Source: Bdellovibrionales bacterium
GTDB lineage: Bacteria > Bdellovibrionota > Bdellovibrionia > Bdellovibrionales > UBA1609
NCBI GenBank assembly: GCA_965200875.1
Contig: OZ241456.1
Location: 1,767,460 to 1,831,459 of the forward strand
Length of the DNA: 64,000 bases
Reading direction: 5' to 3'
The position numbers and the translations under genes were made by a program. Positions 37,910 to 48,336 of the stretch are shown here, one piece after another (the stretch's first letter is position 1; every line of letters starts with the position of its first letter). Under the pieces are notes generated by a model. That model worked only from the letters and a program-made list of their open reading frames with translations, was not told where the DNA came from and searched no databases.

Positions 37910-38512
37910 ATGGTTCGAGCCGAGACGGAAAATGCCCTAGAAAATACCCTAGAAGCGTTTTGGCAAGTTCCCCATCGAGGCCATTTAAACAATCAAAGGC
38001 AGGGTAAAGTGATTCAACACGAAAACAAAGAAACTGACTGGATTAAAGACTTGGTTCGCCGGGAACAAGACATGGAAGCCACCGGACAAATCTCCCTTCC
38101 TGAAACCAGCCCGTCAAAGGAGCATCTGGCAGAGCACACATTTGAATTTATGCGACAACTACGCAGAGCTTTTACGGCTGACTCAGCAGTATTCAATCAC
38201 CTGAAGGGTTTTCTGGGAAGCCTTAGAATCTACGGCATAGCCAATACCCAAGCGGATTTTATGCTTTTTCGCCACGGACATAAATTAATTTTTTCTGTAA
38301 AAGAACCCGGTTTGATTTCTGTCAGGATGAAATTCAACAATCAACTCTTAAACAATAACAGCAATGTCCAGACAGAAGAACCCGCAGATTTCATAAAAGG
38401 GGAGTGGGGGCCTTTTAATGAATTAAAGTGGAGTTATAACGACCAAACCATAAATATTGACTACCTCATCCGCTATTATATGACCTTATTTGTAAAAAAC
38501 AGTGTCAAATAG
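37910..38512 (+). CDS. Hypothetical protein (true start may be downstream)
   Basis: 200-aa ORF. Confidence 0.6.
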   Translation: MVRAETENALENTLEAFWQVPHRGHLNNQRQGKVIQHENKETDWIKDLVRREQDMEATGQISLPETSPSKEHLAEHTFEFMRQLRRAFTADSAVFNHLKGFLGSLRIYGIANTQADFMLFRHGHKLIFSVKEPGLISVRMKFNNQLLNNNSNVQTEEPADFIKGEWGPFNELKWSYNDQTINIDYLIRYYMTLFVKNSVK

Positions 38513-38519
38513 TGATAAT

Positions 38520-39047
38520 TCAGGGAGAATCCATAAAATCCAGATCTGAAAAAGGGGATTTGCCAAATTGCAATTTCTTATCTGATTTTGTTTTCACCAT
38601 TTTTAAATGAGAACCCGCAGAAGAGTTTAAAGCACGAACAGAACCTACCCCTTGTTCTTTTGTGGGAAAACGATTTTGTAAAACCGGCTTAGATTCTCTA
38701 ACTGACGGAGAGGATTTAGGGTTTTTACCTAGTTGCTGATTTTCCTGGGGAGGGAAACCAGTACTTTCCAAGGCCTGAGCGGTTTTGATATTTTTCTCCA
38801 AACGCTCACAAAGTGCTTTAGTGGCTTGTAAAAGAGATTCCAGATTTTGAGTTCTGTCTTTAATAAGGGATTGATGACGATCCATCTGAGCTTCCACAGT
38901 CAAAGAAAGATTTTCCAAGTCAGTGATTTTTCTTCTTAAGACCTGTAAACCTGTACTGAGCCGTGTATCTTTTTTAAGAAACTGATTCCAGATTAAGTAA
39001 AAAGCAAAACAGAAAAAAGCAATAAGAATACCACTGGTAAAAAACAA
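38520..39047 (-). CDS. Hypothetical single-TM coiled-coil protein
   Basis: N-terminal TM then heptad region. Confidence 0.6.
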   Translation of the reverse strand: MFFTSGILIAFFCFAFYLIWNQFLKKDTRLSTGLQVLRRKITDLENLSLTVEAQMDRHQSLIKDRTQNLESLLQATKALCERLEKNIKTAQALESTGFPPQENQQLGKNPKSSPSVRESKPVLQNRFPTKEQGVGSVRALNSSAGSHLKMVKTKSDKKLQFGKSPFSDLDFMDSP

Positions 39048-39083
39048 GAAAAACCTCCGTATCTATCCTGTATTTTACTATTA

Positions 39084-39135
39084 AAGCAGGATAAGAAAAT
39101 AATCTCAACAAGCAGGGTAAGAAAATAATCTCAAC
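39084..39135. repeat. 26-bp tandem duplication
   Basis: AAGCAGGATAAGAAAATAATCTCAAC / AAGCAGGGTAAGAAAATAATCTCAAC (one mismatch). Confidence 0.9.
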
Positions 39136-39167
39136 CCGTCTCAAGTCGTGCTCTGCTATTTTTTCAA

Positions 39168-39935
39168 TTAAAGTGTTAGCTCTATTTTGACCGGGCAATG
39201 GTCTGAACCACCTTGCGAGGGCAATATATCTGCTGATTTTAATTTTTTAGTGAGTTCAGAAGTGGTACAAATATGATCAATTCTCCACCCGCGGTTATTT
39301 TTCCTCGCGTTTTCCTTATAGGACCACCAAGTGTAAATATCTTTTTTTTCCGGATGAAAATAGCGATAACAATCTGTAAACCCCAAAGCCAAAAAGTTTT
39401 CAAACCACTTTCGTTCTTCTGGCAAAAAACCACTGGAATGTGTCAGCCGTTTTGGATCAAAAACATCATGTTCCAAATAAGCAGTGTTATAATCTCCTAC
39501 AACAATAATATCTCTTTGTCGTTTCATCAAGGTGTGCAAATAAAGTGAAAATTTTCTTAAAAACTCCTGTTTAAAGAGATGGCGCGCTTCTGTTTGAGAG
39601 CCGTTTGGAAAGTACACATTAAAGAGCAAAAAATCTTCATGATCAGTGATCACAAACCTGCCCTCGTGGTCAAATTTTTTAATACCGATTCCATGCTCCA
39701 CCTCATCGACCGGCTGTTTTGTAAAAGTAACAGTCCCGGAATAACCCTTACGATCCGCAACCGACCAATAAGAAACTCTCTCTAGGAAATAAACAAAAGC
39801 ATCATCAAGATCTTCAGGATGAGCTTTGCTTTCCTGAAGACAAAGAATATCCGGATCTTCTTGCTGAACAAAATCCAGCAGGCCCTTACGGGCACAAGCC
39901 CTGATGCCATTAACATTCCAAGAAATAATTTTCAT
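39168..39935 (-). CDS. xth: Exodeoxyribonuclease III / AP endonuclease
   Basis: SWNVNGIRA, LCLQESK, GYSG, VYFPNG, GDYN, YTWWSY, GWRIDH, SDHCP. Confidence 0.96.
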   Translation of the reverse strand: MKIISWNVNGIRACARKGLLDFVQQEDPDILCLQESKAHPEDLDDAFVYFLERVSYWSVADRKGYSGTVTFTKQPVDEVEHGIGIKKFDHEGRFVITDHEDFLLFNVYFPNGSQTEARHLFKQEFLRKFSLYLHTLMKRQRDIIVVGDYNTAYLEHDVFDPKRLTHSSGFLPEERKWFENFLALGFTDCYRYFHPEKKDIYTWWSYKENARKNNRGWRIDHICTTSELTKKLKSADILPSQGGSDHCPVKIELTL

Positions 39936-39964
39936 AATTTATCTTTCCAACCAAAAATATTATA

Positions 39965-41002
39965 TCATATTTTTCGGGGATCAAAAGCATTTCTTATTCC
40001 ATCCCCTATAAAAGTCAAAACCATTAAAGTCGTAAACAAAGCTAGAGAGGGAAACAAAGCCAACCACCAAGCTACAGTAAAATGTTTTTCCGCTTGAAGC
40101 AACAACTCTCCCCAAGAAGGTGTAGGTGGCATCAGGCCAAAACCCAGATAATCCAAAATAGCCAGAAAAGAAATACCCACCGCCAAAGAAAAAGGGGAAA
40201 AAGTCAAAATAGGATTCAGGGCATTAGGCAAAATATGTTTAAACATCATTCTGAATACACTCATTCCCTGAACACGGCACACATCCACAAATTCCCTTTT
40301 TCTCAATTTTAAAAATTCAGCCCGTATATAATACGATATATTAATCCACCGGAAACAAGCCATAAACACCACCAACAACCAAAAAGGCGCGCCACCCACT
40401 AGATCCACCAATATAATCAGGAGCAAAAGAACAGGTACTGTCTCTATAATCTCCACTCCCCGCTGGCCCATAAGATCTAGACGCCCACCCGCAAAACCCA
40501 TTAAAGCCCCTAAAATGGTACCAAGAGTATAAGATAAAAACCACACCATAATGGCAAAGCCAATGCTATAACGAAAACCATAAATAAGCCGGGAGAGAAT
40601 GTCTCTTCCTCTGTCATCTGTACCCAGCCAGTTATCCAAAGAGGGAGGGGCAGGATAACTCTCCACTTTCGTATTGGACTCGAAAGGATGCCATTTTACC
40701 AGTGGCCATATCGCCCAATTCTTTCTTGAAAAATCCAACCTTCTGTAATCCACAACTTTTAAATCTGTTTTTAAATTCAAATCAGAAGGATGATATCGTG
40801 CCAGAACAGGGACATACCACTTCCCTTGGTAAAACATAATAAGAGGTTTGTTATTGGCCCAAAATTCCGCCGTCACACTGAGAAAAAGAAAAAACAAAAA
40901 ACACCAACCCGCTATAACAGATCGTTTATTGGATTTCAGTTTTCTCCATCTCTTTAAGGTTTCCGGATTTCTTATCAAATATTTTTCCACCATAATACAC
41001 AC
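39965..41002 (-). CDS. Peptide ABC transporter permease (OppC/YejE-like)
   Basis: WLGTDDRGRD, KHILPNA, PPTPSWG, GIRNAFDP. Confidence 0.93.
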   Translation of the reverse strand: MCIMVEKYLIRNPETLKRWRKLKSNKRSVIAGWCFLFFLFLSVTAEFWANNKPLIMFYQGKWYVPVLARYHPSDLNLKTDLKVVDYRRLDFSRKNWAIWPLVKWHPFESNTKVESYPAPPSLDNWLGTDDRGRDILSRLIYGFRYSIGFAIMVWFLSYTLGTILGALMGFAGGRLDLMGQRGVEIIETVPVLLLLIILVDLVGGAPFWLLVVFMACFRWINISYYIRAEFLKLRKREFVDVCRVQGMSVFRMMFKHILPNALNPILTFSPFSLAVGISFLAILDYLGFGLMPPTPSWGELLLQAEKHFTVAWWLALFPSLALFTTLMVLTFIGDGIRNAFDPRKI

Positions 41003-41036
41003 CCATAAACTAAAGCCCGTGCCTCAAACTGTTCCA

Positions 41037-42092
41037 TCAGGAAAAATCTATCCTTGGATCTGCCAGCACATAAACAAAATCAGAAATTAATCTTCCAAAT
41101 AAAGCTAAAACAGCTTGGATAAAAATAAGAGCCATCAACAGGTGATAATCCCTGTTGATAACAGAATTATAAGAGAGCAAGCCAATGCCATCCAGACTGA
41201 AAATTTTTTCCACAATCAAAGAACCTGCAAAAAACAAACCCAAAAAAGCCCCCATTCCTGTCACGATGGGAATCAGTGCGTTTCTTAAAGCATGTTTGTA
41301 AATAATAATCTGTTTACTCAAGCCTTTGGCCTTGGCAGTTCGAATATAATCCAGTCGCACTTCTTCTAAAAGAGAGTTTTTGGTTAAAAAAGTCAGCACA
41401 GTAAAATGTCCAATCATGTAACACAAAAGAGGAAGTACAAAATGATGAATGCGATCTCTCACTTTGCCAAAAAAATCTTTTTCAAAATATTGATCTGAAT
41501 ATAAATCCCCCACCGGAAACCAATTCAGAAATCCTCCCCCCGTAAGATAGATTTTTAACAAAATGCCCAAAACCAAAACGGGAAGGGAATACATTATCAA
41601 AAGAATCAGACTGCTCACAAAATCAAACCGACTTCCCTCCCGGTGAGCTTTTACAATACCCAGAGGAATGCAAATAAGATAAATCAAAATAAAAGAAATA
41701 ATGCCAAACTGCAAAGAAACAGGAAATTTGGACACAATGACCTGGATGACGGGTTCTTCGTATACAAAACTTTCCCCAAAATCCAAAGTGGCAATACTTT
41801 TAAGCCAGAGCCAATAACGAACATGAACCGGTTTATCAAAACCATATTGTTTTTTAAGACTTTTAATCACTTCCTCAGAAATAGCTGACCTTGAACCGGC
41901 AATGGATGATCCTCCGTCTCCACCCGCAAAAGCCCCTGAAAATTGAAGCTGAGCCAGCTTTTGCTCAACCGGTCCACCCGGAGCCAGATTAATAATAAAA
42001 AAACATACTAAAGTGACACCCAAAAGAGTGGGGAAAATGGCCAATACTCTTTTAAATAAATAAACCCACATCATTCCTCCCAAATTCACCAA
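41037..42092 (-). CDS. Peptide ABC transporter permease (OppB/YejB-like)
   Basis: LAPGGP, YGFDKP, DYIRTAKAKGL, HALRNA, DPRI. Confidence 0.93.
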   Translation of the reverse strand: MVNLGGMMWVYLFKRVLAIFPTLLGVTLVCFFIINLAPGGPVEQKLAQLQFSGAFAGGDGGSSIAGSRSAISEEVIKSLKKQYGFDKPVHVRYWLWLKSIATLDFGESFVYEEPVIQVIVSKFPVSLQFGIISFILIYLICIPLGIVKAHREGSRFDFVSSLILLIMYSLPVLVLGILLKIYLTGGGFLNWFPVGDLYSDQYFEKDFFGKVRDRIHHFVLPLLCYMIGHFTVLTFLTKNSLLEEVRLDYIRTAKAKGLSKQIIIYKHALRNALIPIVTGMGAFLGLFFAGSLIVEKIFSLDGIGLLSYNSVINRDYHLLMALIFIQAVLALFGRLISDFVYVLADPRIDFS

Positions 42093-42126
42093 ATATCAAG
42101 AGGTCTTGCAATGGTGCGATGTTTAT

Positions 42127-43794
42127 TTATTCTCTGCTGATCTTCCAATACTTTGTTCCTATTTCATAAGTATAAGTATCTCTTTCCTTTTTAACTTTTT
42201 TGCTATGAGCATAAAACTGAAAAGGTGAATTAAACAAAAATAAATAAGGATAATCTTCGGCAATCAAGCGATATACTTTCTGGAAGAGCTGGATTCTTTT
42301 CGTGCGATCCATTTCCCCCCGTCCCTTCTCAATCAAACGATCCACCTCCGGGTTGGAATAACTGATAAAATTGCTTCCCCCTTTACGGGCGGACTCTGAA
42401 TGCCATATCTGTTTTGGATCCAGCTCCACAGAACCAGCACTCCAACCCAAAGTAACCGCTGAAAACTTTTTTTCCTGAACAAGTTTTACAAAAGCACTCC
42501 AATCCATAAACCGAAGAGACATATCAATACCACTTTTTTTCAAGTCCTGCTGATAAATAGTTAAATATTTTTCAAACTCTTTTCTTGAAAAAATAAGAGT
42601 AAACTTAAACTCTATTTTTTTACCGTCCATTACTTTCTCCAAAATTCCGTTTTTATCAGTGTCCTCCCAGCCGGCAAGGCTCAACAACTCACCCGCTTTG
42701 CTGAGATCAAACGGAACAGGTTCCAGAGAAGGATCTGCATAATCACTCCATGAGTACCAAGGCCCGGTTGCCAATTTAGATTTTCCATACTGAAATTTCT
42801 TATTCATCATTTCCCGATTCATCAAATAATTTAAGGCTTTTCTCGTGTTTTTGTCCTTAAACCGCGGATCCTTTAAGTTCCAACCGATATAATTGTAACT
42901 GGAAGGCTGTTTGTTGCTAATCTCTTTTTTAACGATTTTTTTGCCCCAAGGAGGTTTGTTTGTTTTCTTCATGTACGCTTCTGCTCCCAAGCTTAAAAAG
43001 TCAAAATCTCCTGCCACCATACGAATTAATTGATCGTTCTCATCCCTGATAAATCGAAAAGCAACACGCGGGATCTGATAAGTATCACTTTTCACGACAC
43101 GGCCCCACCAATTTTTGTTTTGCTCCAATATAATTTGTTTTCCTTTCTCGTATTTTTTTAAAATGTAAGGACCGGAACCGATAAGCTCCCGGCTGAGTTT
43201 TTTCTCTTTATCTTTATAAATATGCTCCGGGATAATCTGTAAAGAACCCAGTACAGATAAATTCCCAAAATATTTTTTATTTGCTTTAAAACGTACACGA
43301 TTTTCGTCCAAAATCTCCACAGACTCCATGTTCTCTAGGTAAGGAAGAAAATGCGCTCCACCAAAAGAAGGATCCTTATAGGCTTTAAAAGAAAAAACCA
43401 CATCCTTAACCGTCAGAGGATGGCCATCATGCCATTTCACATTAGAGCGAATGGTAAAAGTAAAAAGTTTATAATCCTTATCCACTTCCCATTTTTCTGC
43501 CAGATGAGGCTCTAATTTATAAGTATCCGAATTGCGGATTAATAAAGTATCCAATACATAACCCTGCACGATAGAGGAATAAAAATCCGTTGAACGAATA
43601 GGGTGCAGGTTTTCCGGTTCTGATCTCAGGTTTCTAAACAGAGTAAAAGCTCCTTTAGTCTTTAATTTTTTTTCCTGAAGAACCGACAAAGCTTTTCTTT
43701 TGTTTTCCTTTTTACAACCTGTTCCCATTAAGAGAATCGCTATACTTAAAATTGTAAAAAGAGGAACACCTAGAGTTTTCACCAGATTTTTCAT
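42127..43794 (-). CDS. Peptide ABC transporter substrate-binding lipoprotein (OppA-like)
   Basis: Lipobox GTGC; PHLAEKW, KWHDG.PLT..DV.FS, GSGPY family-5 SBP motifs. Confidence 0.92.
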   Translation of the reverse strand: MKNLVKTLGVPLFTILSIAILLMGTGCKKENKRKALSVLQEKKLKTKGAFTLFRNLRSEPENLHPIRSTDFYSSIVQGYVLDTLLIRNSDTYKLEPHLAEKWEVDKDYKLFTFTIRSNVKWHDGHPLTVKDVVFSFKAYKDPSFGGAHFLPYLENMESVEILDENRVRFKANKKYFGNLSVLGSLQIIPEHIYKDKEKKLSRELIGSGPYILKKYEKGKQIILEQNKNWWGRVVKSDTYQIPRVAFRFIRDENDQLIRMVAGDFDFLSLGAEAYMKKTNKPPWGKKIVKKEISNKQPSSYNYIGWNLKDPRFKDKNTRKALNYLMNREMMNKKFQYGKSKLATGPWYSWSDYADPSLEPVPFDLSKAGELLSLAGWEDTDKNGILEKVMDGKKIEFKFTLIFSRKEFEKYLTIYQQDLKKSGIDMSLRFMDWSAFVKLVQEKKFSAVTLGWSAGSVELDPKQIWHSESARKGGSNFISYSNPEVDRLIEKGRGEMDRTKRIQLFQKVYRLIAEDYPYLFLFNSPFQFYAHSKKVKKERDTYTYEIGTKYWKISRE

Positions 43795-43977
43795 TTCTTC
43801 TTCCTTTCTTTGCCACTGACATTTCAAATGATTTTGGTTTTTATTGGTAACCTTTTTTGAGAGCTTTTTTATACTTACTCGATTTGAAACTTCAAATCAG
43901 ATATATTAACTATCAAATGTGACGGCAAATGACAAGCAAATCCGCCTTACTCAAAAATTCATAACATATCCCTTAGA

Positions 43978-46389
43978 TTAGTTTGTGATAATGTTTAAAA
44001 TCCTTCCAGGTTTGTAAATGACTTTTTTAATATCTTTACCTTTAAGAGCGTTTTGAACAGCCGGTTTTTGCCTAGCTATCTTAAGCACTTTGGCTTCATC
44101 AGCATTATTAAGGCAGGAAATGGAACCTCTGGTTTTTCCGTTTACCTGGACCCCTATAGTCAGTTCTTTTTCCTGAATCAGCTCTGGCTGAAACTCAGGC
44201 CACGGGCTTAAGGAAACTAAACCCTCTCCCCCTAAAGCAGACCATATTTCTTCAGCTATATGAGGCGCAAAAGGCATTAATAATTGAGATAATATTTTTG
44301 TCACTTTGTGGTTCCGGATTTTTTGCCGGTAAAGTGCGTTCACCAAAATCATCATCGCACTAATGGCAGTGTTGAGGTTAAGACTCTCAATATCCTCTGT
44401 CACCTTTTTTACAGTTCTGTTCAAAAGAACACTTAAGTTTTGATTCATCTCCCCCTGTTCGGGAAGTACATTCCCTTTTTCATCAAAGCAAAGTCTCCAT
44501 ACGCGCTCCAAAAATCTTCGACTTCCCTCAATACCCTGCGGGGACCAGGGTTTGTCTTTTTCCAAAGGACCTAAAAAAGTAATATAAATCCGAATAGTAT
44601 CAGCTCCGTATTTGTCTCTTAAAGAATCCGGATTGGCTGTGTTGCCACGGGATTTGGACATTTTCTGACTGTCTGCCCCTAGGATCATTCCCTGATGCAC
44701 CAATTTTTTAAAAGGCTCTTTATGAGAAACCATTTTCATATCGTACAAAAATTTTTGCCAAAACCGAGCATAAAGCAAATGTCCTACAGTATGTTCTGCT
44801 CCTCCCACATAGAGATCCACCGGCATCCAATATTTTTGTTTTTCAAAATCAAAAGGTTTTTTTTTGTTCTTAGGGTCCGTGTAACGAAGAAAATACCAAG
44901 AAGAAGCCGCATAACCTGGCATGGTGCTTTCCTCTCTTTTCCCTTTTTCACCAGTTTTCGCGTCTGTATAATCAATAAATTGCTTATGACACGCAAGAGG
45001 AGGTTCACCTTTTTCTGATGGCGTGTAATGGACAGTTTCAGGAAGTTTTACGGGAAGTTCTGTTTCCTCCAGAGCTTTTGTTTCCTGCTCAAAATGCACA
45101 ACAGGAAAAGGCTCTCCCCAGTACCTTTGACGAGAAAAAATCCAATCTTTTAATTTGTATTGAATGTCTTTTTTTCCATATTTATTTTTTTCCAACTCAT
45201 GGATAACTTTTTTAAAAGCCTCTTTCAAAGTGAGTCCATTTAAAAAATCAGAATTAATATGTGGACCATCCTCTGTAAACACCTGTTTACTCTCGTCAGA
45301 ATTATCAGGTTTTATTACTTGTTTTATAGGCAGATTAAATTTTTTCGCGAACTCAAAATCTCTTTCATCGTGCGCGGGCACGGCCATGATAGCTCCTGTG
45401 CCGTAATCCATCAGGACATAATCAGCAACCCATACAGGAATATCCTCTTTGGTAAAAGGATGAATCACATAAGATCCGGTAAAAACACCGGTTTTGCTTT
45501 CGGCAGATTTTCTTTCCACATCAGATATACCAAGAGTTTTTTCCCGGTAAGCCCGCACTTCCTCTCGATAATCTTTTGTGGTGATTTCCTCCACTAATGG
45601 ATGTTCAGGAGAAAGCACCATAAAAGAAACTCCGAACAAGGTATCCGGGCGAGTGGTAAATATCTCCATTTTTTTTTGAGAGTTTTTAATGGAGAAAAAA
45701 ATTCTCGCACCGACACTCTTTCCAATCCAATTTTTTTGCCCTTCCAGAGTTCTTTCCGGCCAGTCTAAAAGAGATAAATCCTGTAAAAGCCTTTCCGCAT
45801 ATTCAGTAATGGCCAACAGCCACTGTTTGACAGGCTTTTTGAAAACAGAGTGGCCCCCTCTCTCACTTTTTCCATCTATAACCTCTTCATTGGCTAAAAT
45901 AGTTTTAAGAGCCGGACACCAGTTTACAGGTGCTTTTTTTTGATAAGCCATACCTTTTTTAAAAAATTGCAGAAAAAGAAATTGTGTCCATTTATAATAT
46001 TCCGGCTCACAGGTGAAGATTTCCCGATCCCAGTTAAAACTGTATCCAAAAGATTTTAACTGCCTGCGAAAATTGTCAATGGCCTGATAAGTAATAACCG
46101 AAGGATGAATTCCGGTTTGAATGGCATATTGCTCTGCCGGAAGCCCAAAAGCATCATAACCCATAGGATGAAGCACATTAAAACCCCGACTTCTTTTGTA
46201 GCGCGCAAGTATTTCCGTAGGAGTATAAGAGGCCAAGTGTCCTATATGCAAACCTCCGCCGGAAGGATAGGGAAACATACTGAGAGCGTAAAACTTGGGT
46301 TTGCTGAGATCTGCCTCTACTTCAAAACACCGGCTTTTCGCCCATTTTTTCTGCCACTTTTTTTCAAGAATTTTATGATTAAAGGCCAT
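43978..46389 (-). CDS. leuS: Leucine--tRNA ligase
   Basis: MFPYPSG..LHIGH, FTTRPDTLFG, GTGAIMAVPAHD, SRQRYWG, KMSKS, QVNGK. Confidence 0.98.
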   Translation of the reverse strand: MAFNHKILEKKWQKKWAKSRCFEVEADLSKPKFYALSMFPYPSGGGLHIGHLASYTPTEILARYKRSRGFNVLHPMGYDAFGLPAEQYAIQTGIHPSVITYQAIDNFRRQLKSFGYSFNWDREIFTCEPEYYKWTQFLFLQFFKKGMAYQKKAPVNWCPALKTILANEEVIDGKSERGGHSVFKKPVKQWLLAITEYAERLLQDLSLLDWPERTLEGQKNWIGKSVGARIFFSIKNSQKKMEIFTTRPDTLFGVSFMVLSPEHPLVEEITTKDYREEVRAYREKTLGISDVERKSAESKTGVFTGSYVIHPFTKEDIPVWVADYVLMDYGTGAIMAVPAHDERDFEFAKKFNLPIKQVIKPDNSDESKQVFTEDGPHINSDFLNGLTLKEAFKKVIHELEKNKYGKKDIQYKLKDWIFSRQRYWGEPFPVVHFEQETKALEETELPVKLPETVHYTPSEKGEPPLACHKQFIDYTDAKTGEKGKREESTMPGYAASSWYFLRYTDPKNKKKPFDFEKQKYWMPVDLYVGGAEHTVGHLLYARFWQKFLYDMKMVSHKEPFKKLVHQGMILGADSQKMSKSRGNTANPDSLRDKYGADTIRIYITFLGPLEKDKPWSPQGIEGSRRFLERVWRLCFDEKGNVLPEQGEMNQNLSVLLNRTVKKVTEDIESLNLNTAISAMMILVNALYRQKIRNHKVTKILSQLLMPFAPHIAEEIWSALGGEGLVSLSPWPEFQPELIQEKELTIGVQVNGKTRGSISCLNNADEAKVLKIARQKPAVQNALKGKDIKKVIYKPGRILNIITN

Positions 46390-46642
46390 TTCAATAAAAA
46401 CTTTCCAGAACTTAAGCCAATTTTTTTCTCAAAGATTTTTCATCTTTATCCAAGAACCTTAATATTCCCAAAAAACTCATTCAGTCATCACCTTGTAAAT
46501 TCCACTGAAGACAGACAGTCAATCAGCTAATTGAAAGGTTTTAAAGCTCCTCTATACCTTATCGTTATTTTGCATGACTTTTTGACAGTAGACAAGCCTG
46601 TAATGAATTTTTCACGGAAATAATTTTATCAAAAACCGAGGA

Positions 46643-47389
46643 TTATTTCACTTTTTCCAAAAACTCCAGAACCTTTTTGATATAAAACTCTCTTTCTGTT
46701 TTAAGTCCTTTCAAGTGAGCACTTTTTTTTAAATGACAAACAGTAATATCCGCTTGCTTTACTCTATGGAAAAATTTATCAATGACTAAAGGGGGAACTT
46801 GTTTATCCTGTTCTGCCCTCAGGCTGAGAATGGGAAAACCTTTTGAAATCAGTGAAAGAGTACTCTTGATTTTTCCAACAAATAAATATTTAAAGGCCAA
46901 GACCATTTTAATCGTTAAATATATTTTTAAGAAAACATTAGTGACACCATGATAATAAGTGAGAAGACGCCAGCTCACCAAGGGAAAATTTACAAATGGC
47001 CCGCCGTCACATATCAGTGCTTTGATGTCGGATCTTTTTGGAAGTGCCAAAAAAACGGCTGTAGAGGGAAAAGAAAAACTGAAAATAATTTTAAAACCTG
47101 GCAAATCATTTAAATGCTTTTCCAACTCCTCACGCCATATTTCTAAAACCTCTTTTTTGGTCTTTTTAACTGCCGACAAAAAATCCCTCCAATGATCTTT
47201 CCCATGCAGAAAAGCCGGATAAGTATAAACATCAAAACCATTTTCATTCAGGAACTCTACATGATGCTTCATCTGCTCAGGAACACCCCCTAAATGATGA
47301 ACCAGAACAATCAAAGTGTCGCAACTTTTACTTTTCGATGAATAATAGATGCCGGGTTTTATATTTTTCATTATTGATACTCTCTGCAA
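46643..47389 (-). CDS. Alpha/beta-hydrolase-fold protein
   Basis: VLVHHLGG, FSFSF nucleophile-elbow-like, DKQVP, C-terminal His (SAHL). Confidence 0.65.
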   Translation of the reverse strand: MQRVSIMKNIKPGIYYSSKSKSCDTLIVLVHHLGGVPEQMKHHVEFLNENGFDVYTYPAFLHGKDHWRDFLSAVKKTKKEVLEIWREELEKHLNDLPGFKIIFSFSFPSTAVFLALPKRSDIKALICDGGPFVNFPLVSWRLLTYYHGVTNVFLKIYLTIKMVLAFKYLFVGKIKSTLSLISKGFPILSLRAEQDKQVPPLVIDKFFHRVKQADITVCHLKKSAHLKGLKTEREFYIKKVLEFLEKVK

Positions 47390-47427
47390 AGCGCGACTTA
47401 AGTACAGTCGCTGGAGGTCTTGTTTCC

Positions 47428-48093
47428 TTATTTCCTGATTCCAATAGTCAGTCCTTCCTCTGTGGGAATGAGAGTGGTGGTGGTATAAAAGCCAGAGTCA
47501 GCCACTTCCCTGTTAAAAGCCAACATAGTTTTCAAAGCTTTCTCATCTTGCTCACTCCTAGCCTCTCCGTAAACAGCACCAAAAAGAAAAGTGTTGTCCG
47601 CCGATAAGAGGCCACCGGGTGTCAAATATTTATTACTCCAATGCAAATAATCCAGATAAGAATTTTTGTCCGCGTCAATAAAAACCATATCAAAAGGGGC
47701 TTTGCTTTCAAGTTTTTTTAAACTTTCCAAAGCCGGACCTAGAAGAAAATTAATTTTTCGGAAAACAGGATCCTTTTGAATTAAAGCTTTGGCTTTTTCC
47801 TGTCTTTTTTTGTTTATGTCCAGAGTAAAAATTTCTCCATCTTCCGGCAAAGCACGAGCTATCATCAAAGTGGAATAACCATAAAGAGTGCCTATTTCCA
47901 CCACCTTTTTGACTTTTAGGGCCTTACAGAGAAACTGCAAAATCCCTCCTTCGTAAGCGGAAATCTGCATATACTCCACATTTTCCTTTTTGGAATATTC
48001 CCGAATATTCTTAAGGATATTATCCTCTTTAGAAAATATCTCTCTTAAATATACATTTCTTTTTGTTTCTCTTGTTCTCACCTTTTCCTCCAC
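47428..48093 (-). CDS. SAM-dependent O-methyltransferase (Methyltransf_3 family)
   Basis: VVEIGTLYGYS, FDMVFIDADK, GGLLSADN. Confidence 0.9.
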   Translation of the reverse strand: MEEKVRTRETKRNVYLREIFSKEDNILKNIREYSKKENVEYMQISAYEGGILQFLCKALKVKKVVEIGTLYGYSTLMIARALPEDGEIFTLDINKKRQEKAKALIQKDPVFRKINFLLGPALESLKKLESKAPFDMVFIDADKNSYLDYLHWSNKYLTPGGLLSADNTFLFGAVYGEARSEQDEKALKTMLAFNREVADSGFYTTTTLIPTEEGLTIGIRK

Positions 48094-48336
48094 TTAAGTA
48101 TATGAAGTTCTCTTTCTGAAATTTTAAAACATAACTACCACTTGAAACAAAGTTTTTTGTAAACCACCTGAATACTCAGGAATAACGCTTGTTTTTTATG
48201 TATATTACTGATAAACAATGTATGTGGCAATCCCATTTGAACAAGCTGGAAAACCTGATATTTCCAGCCGGAAGACGGAAAGTTTGCACGACTTAAATTG
48301 CCCCTTTTTTCAGCAATAGGAAACAAAAGAAAAAAG

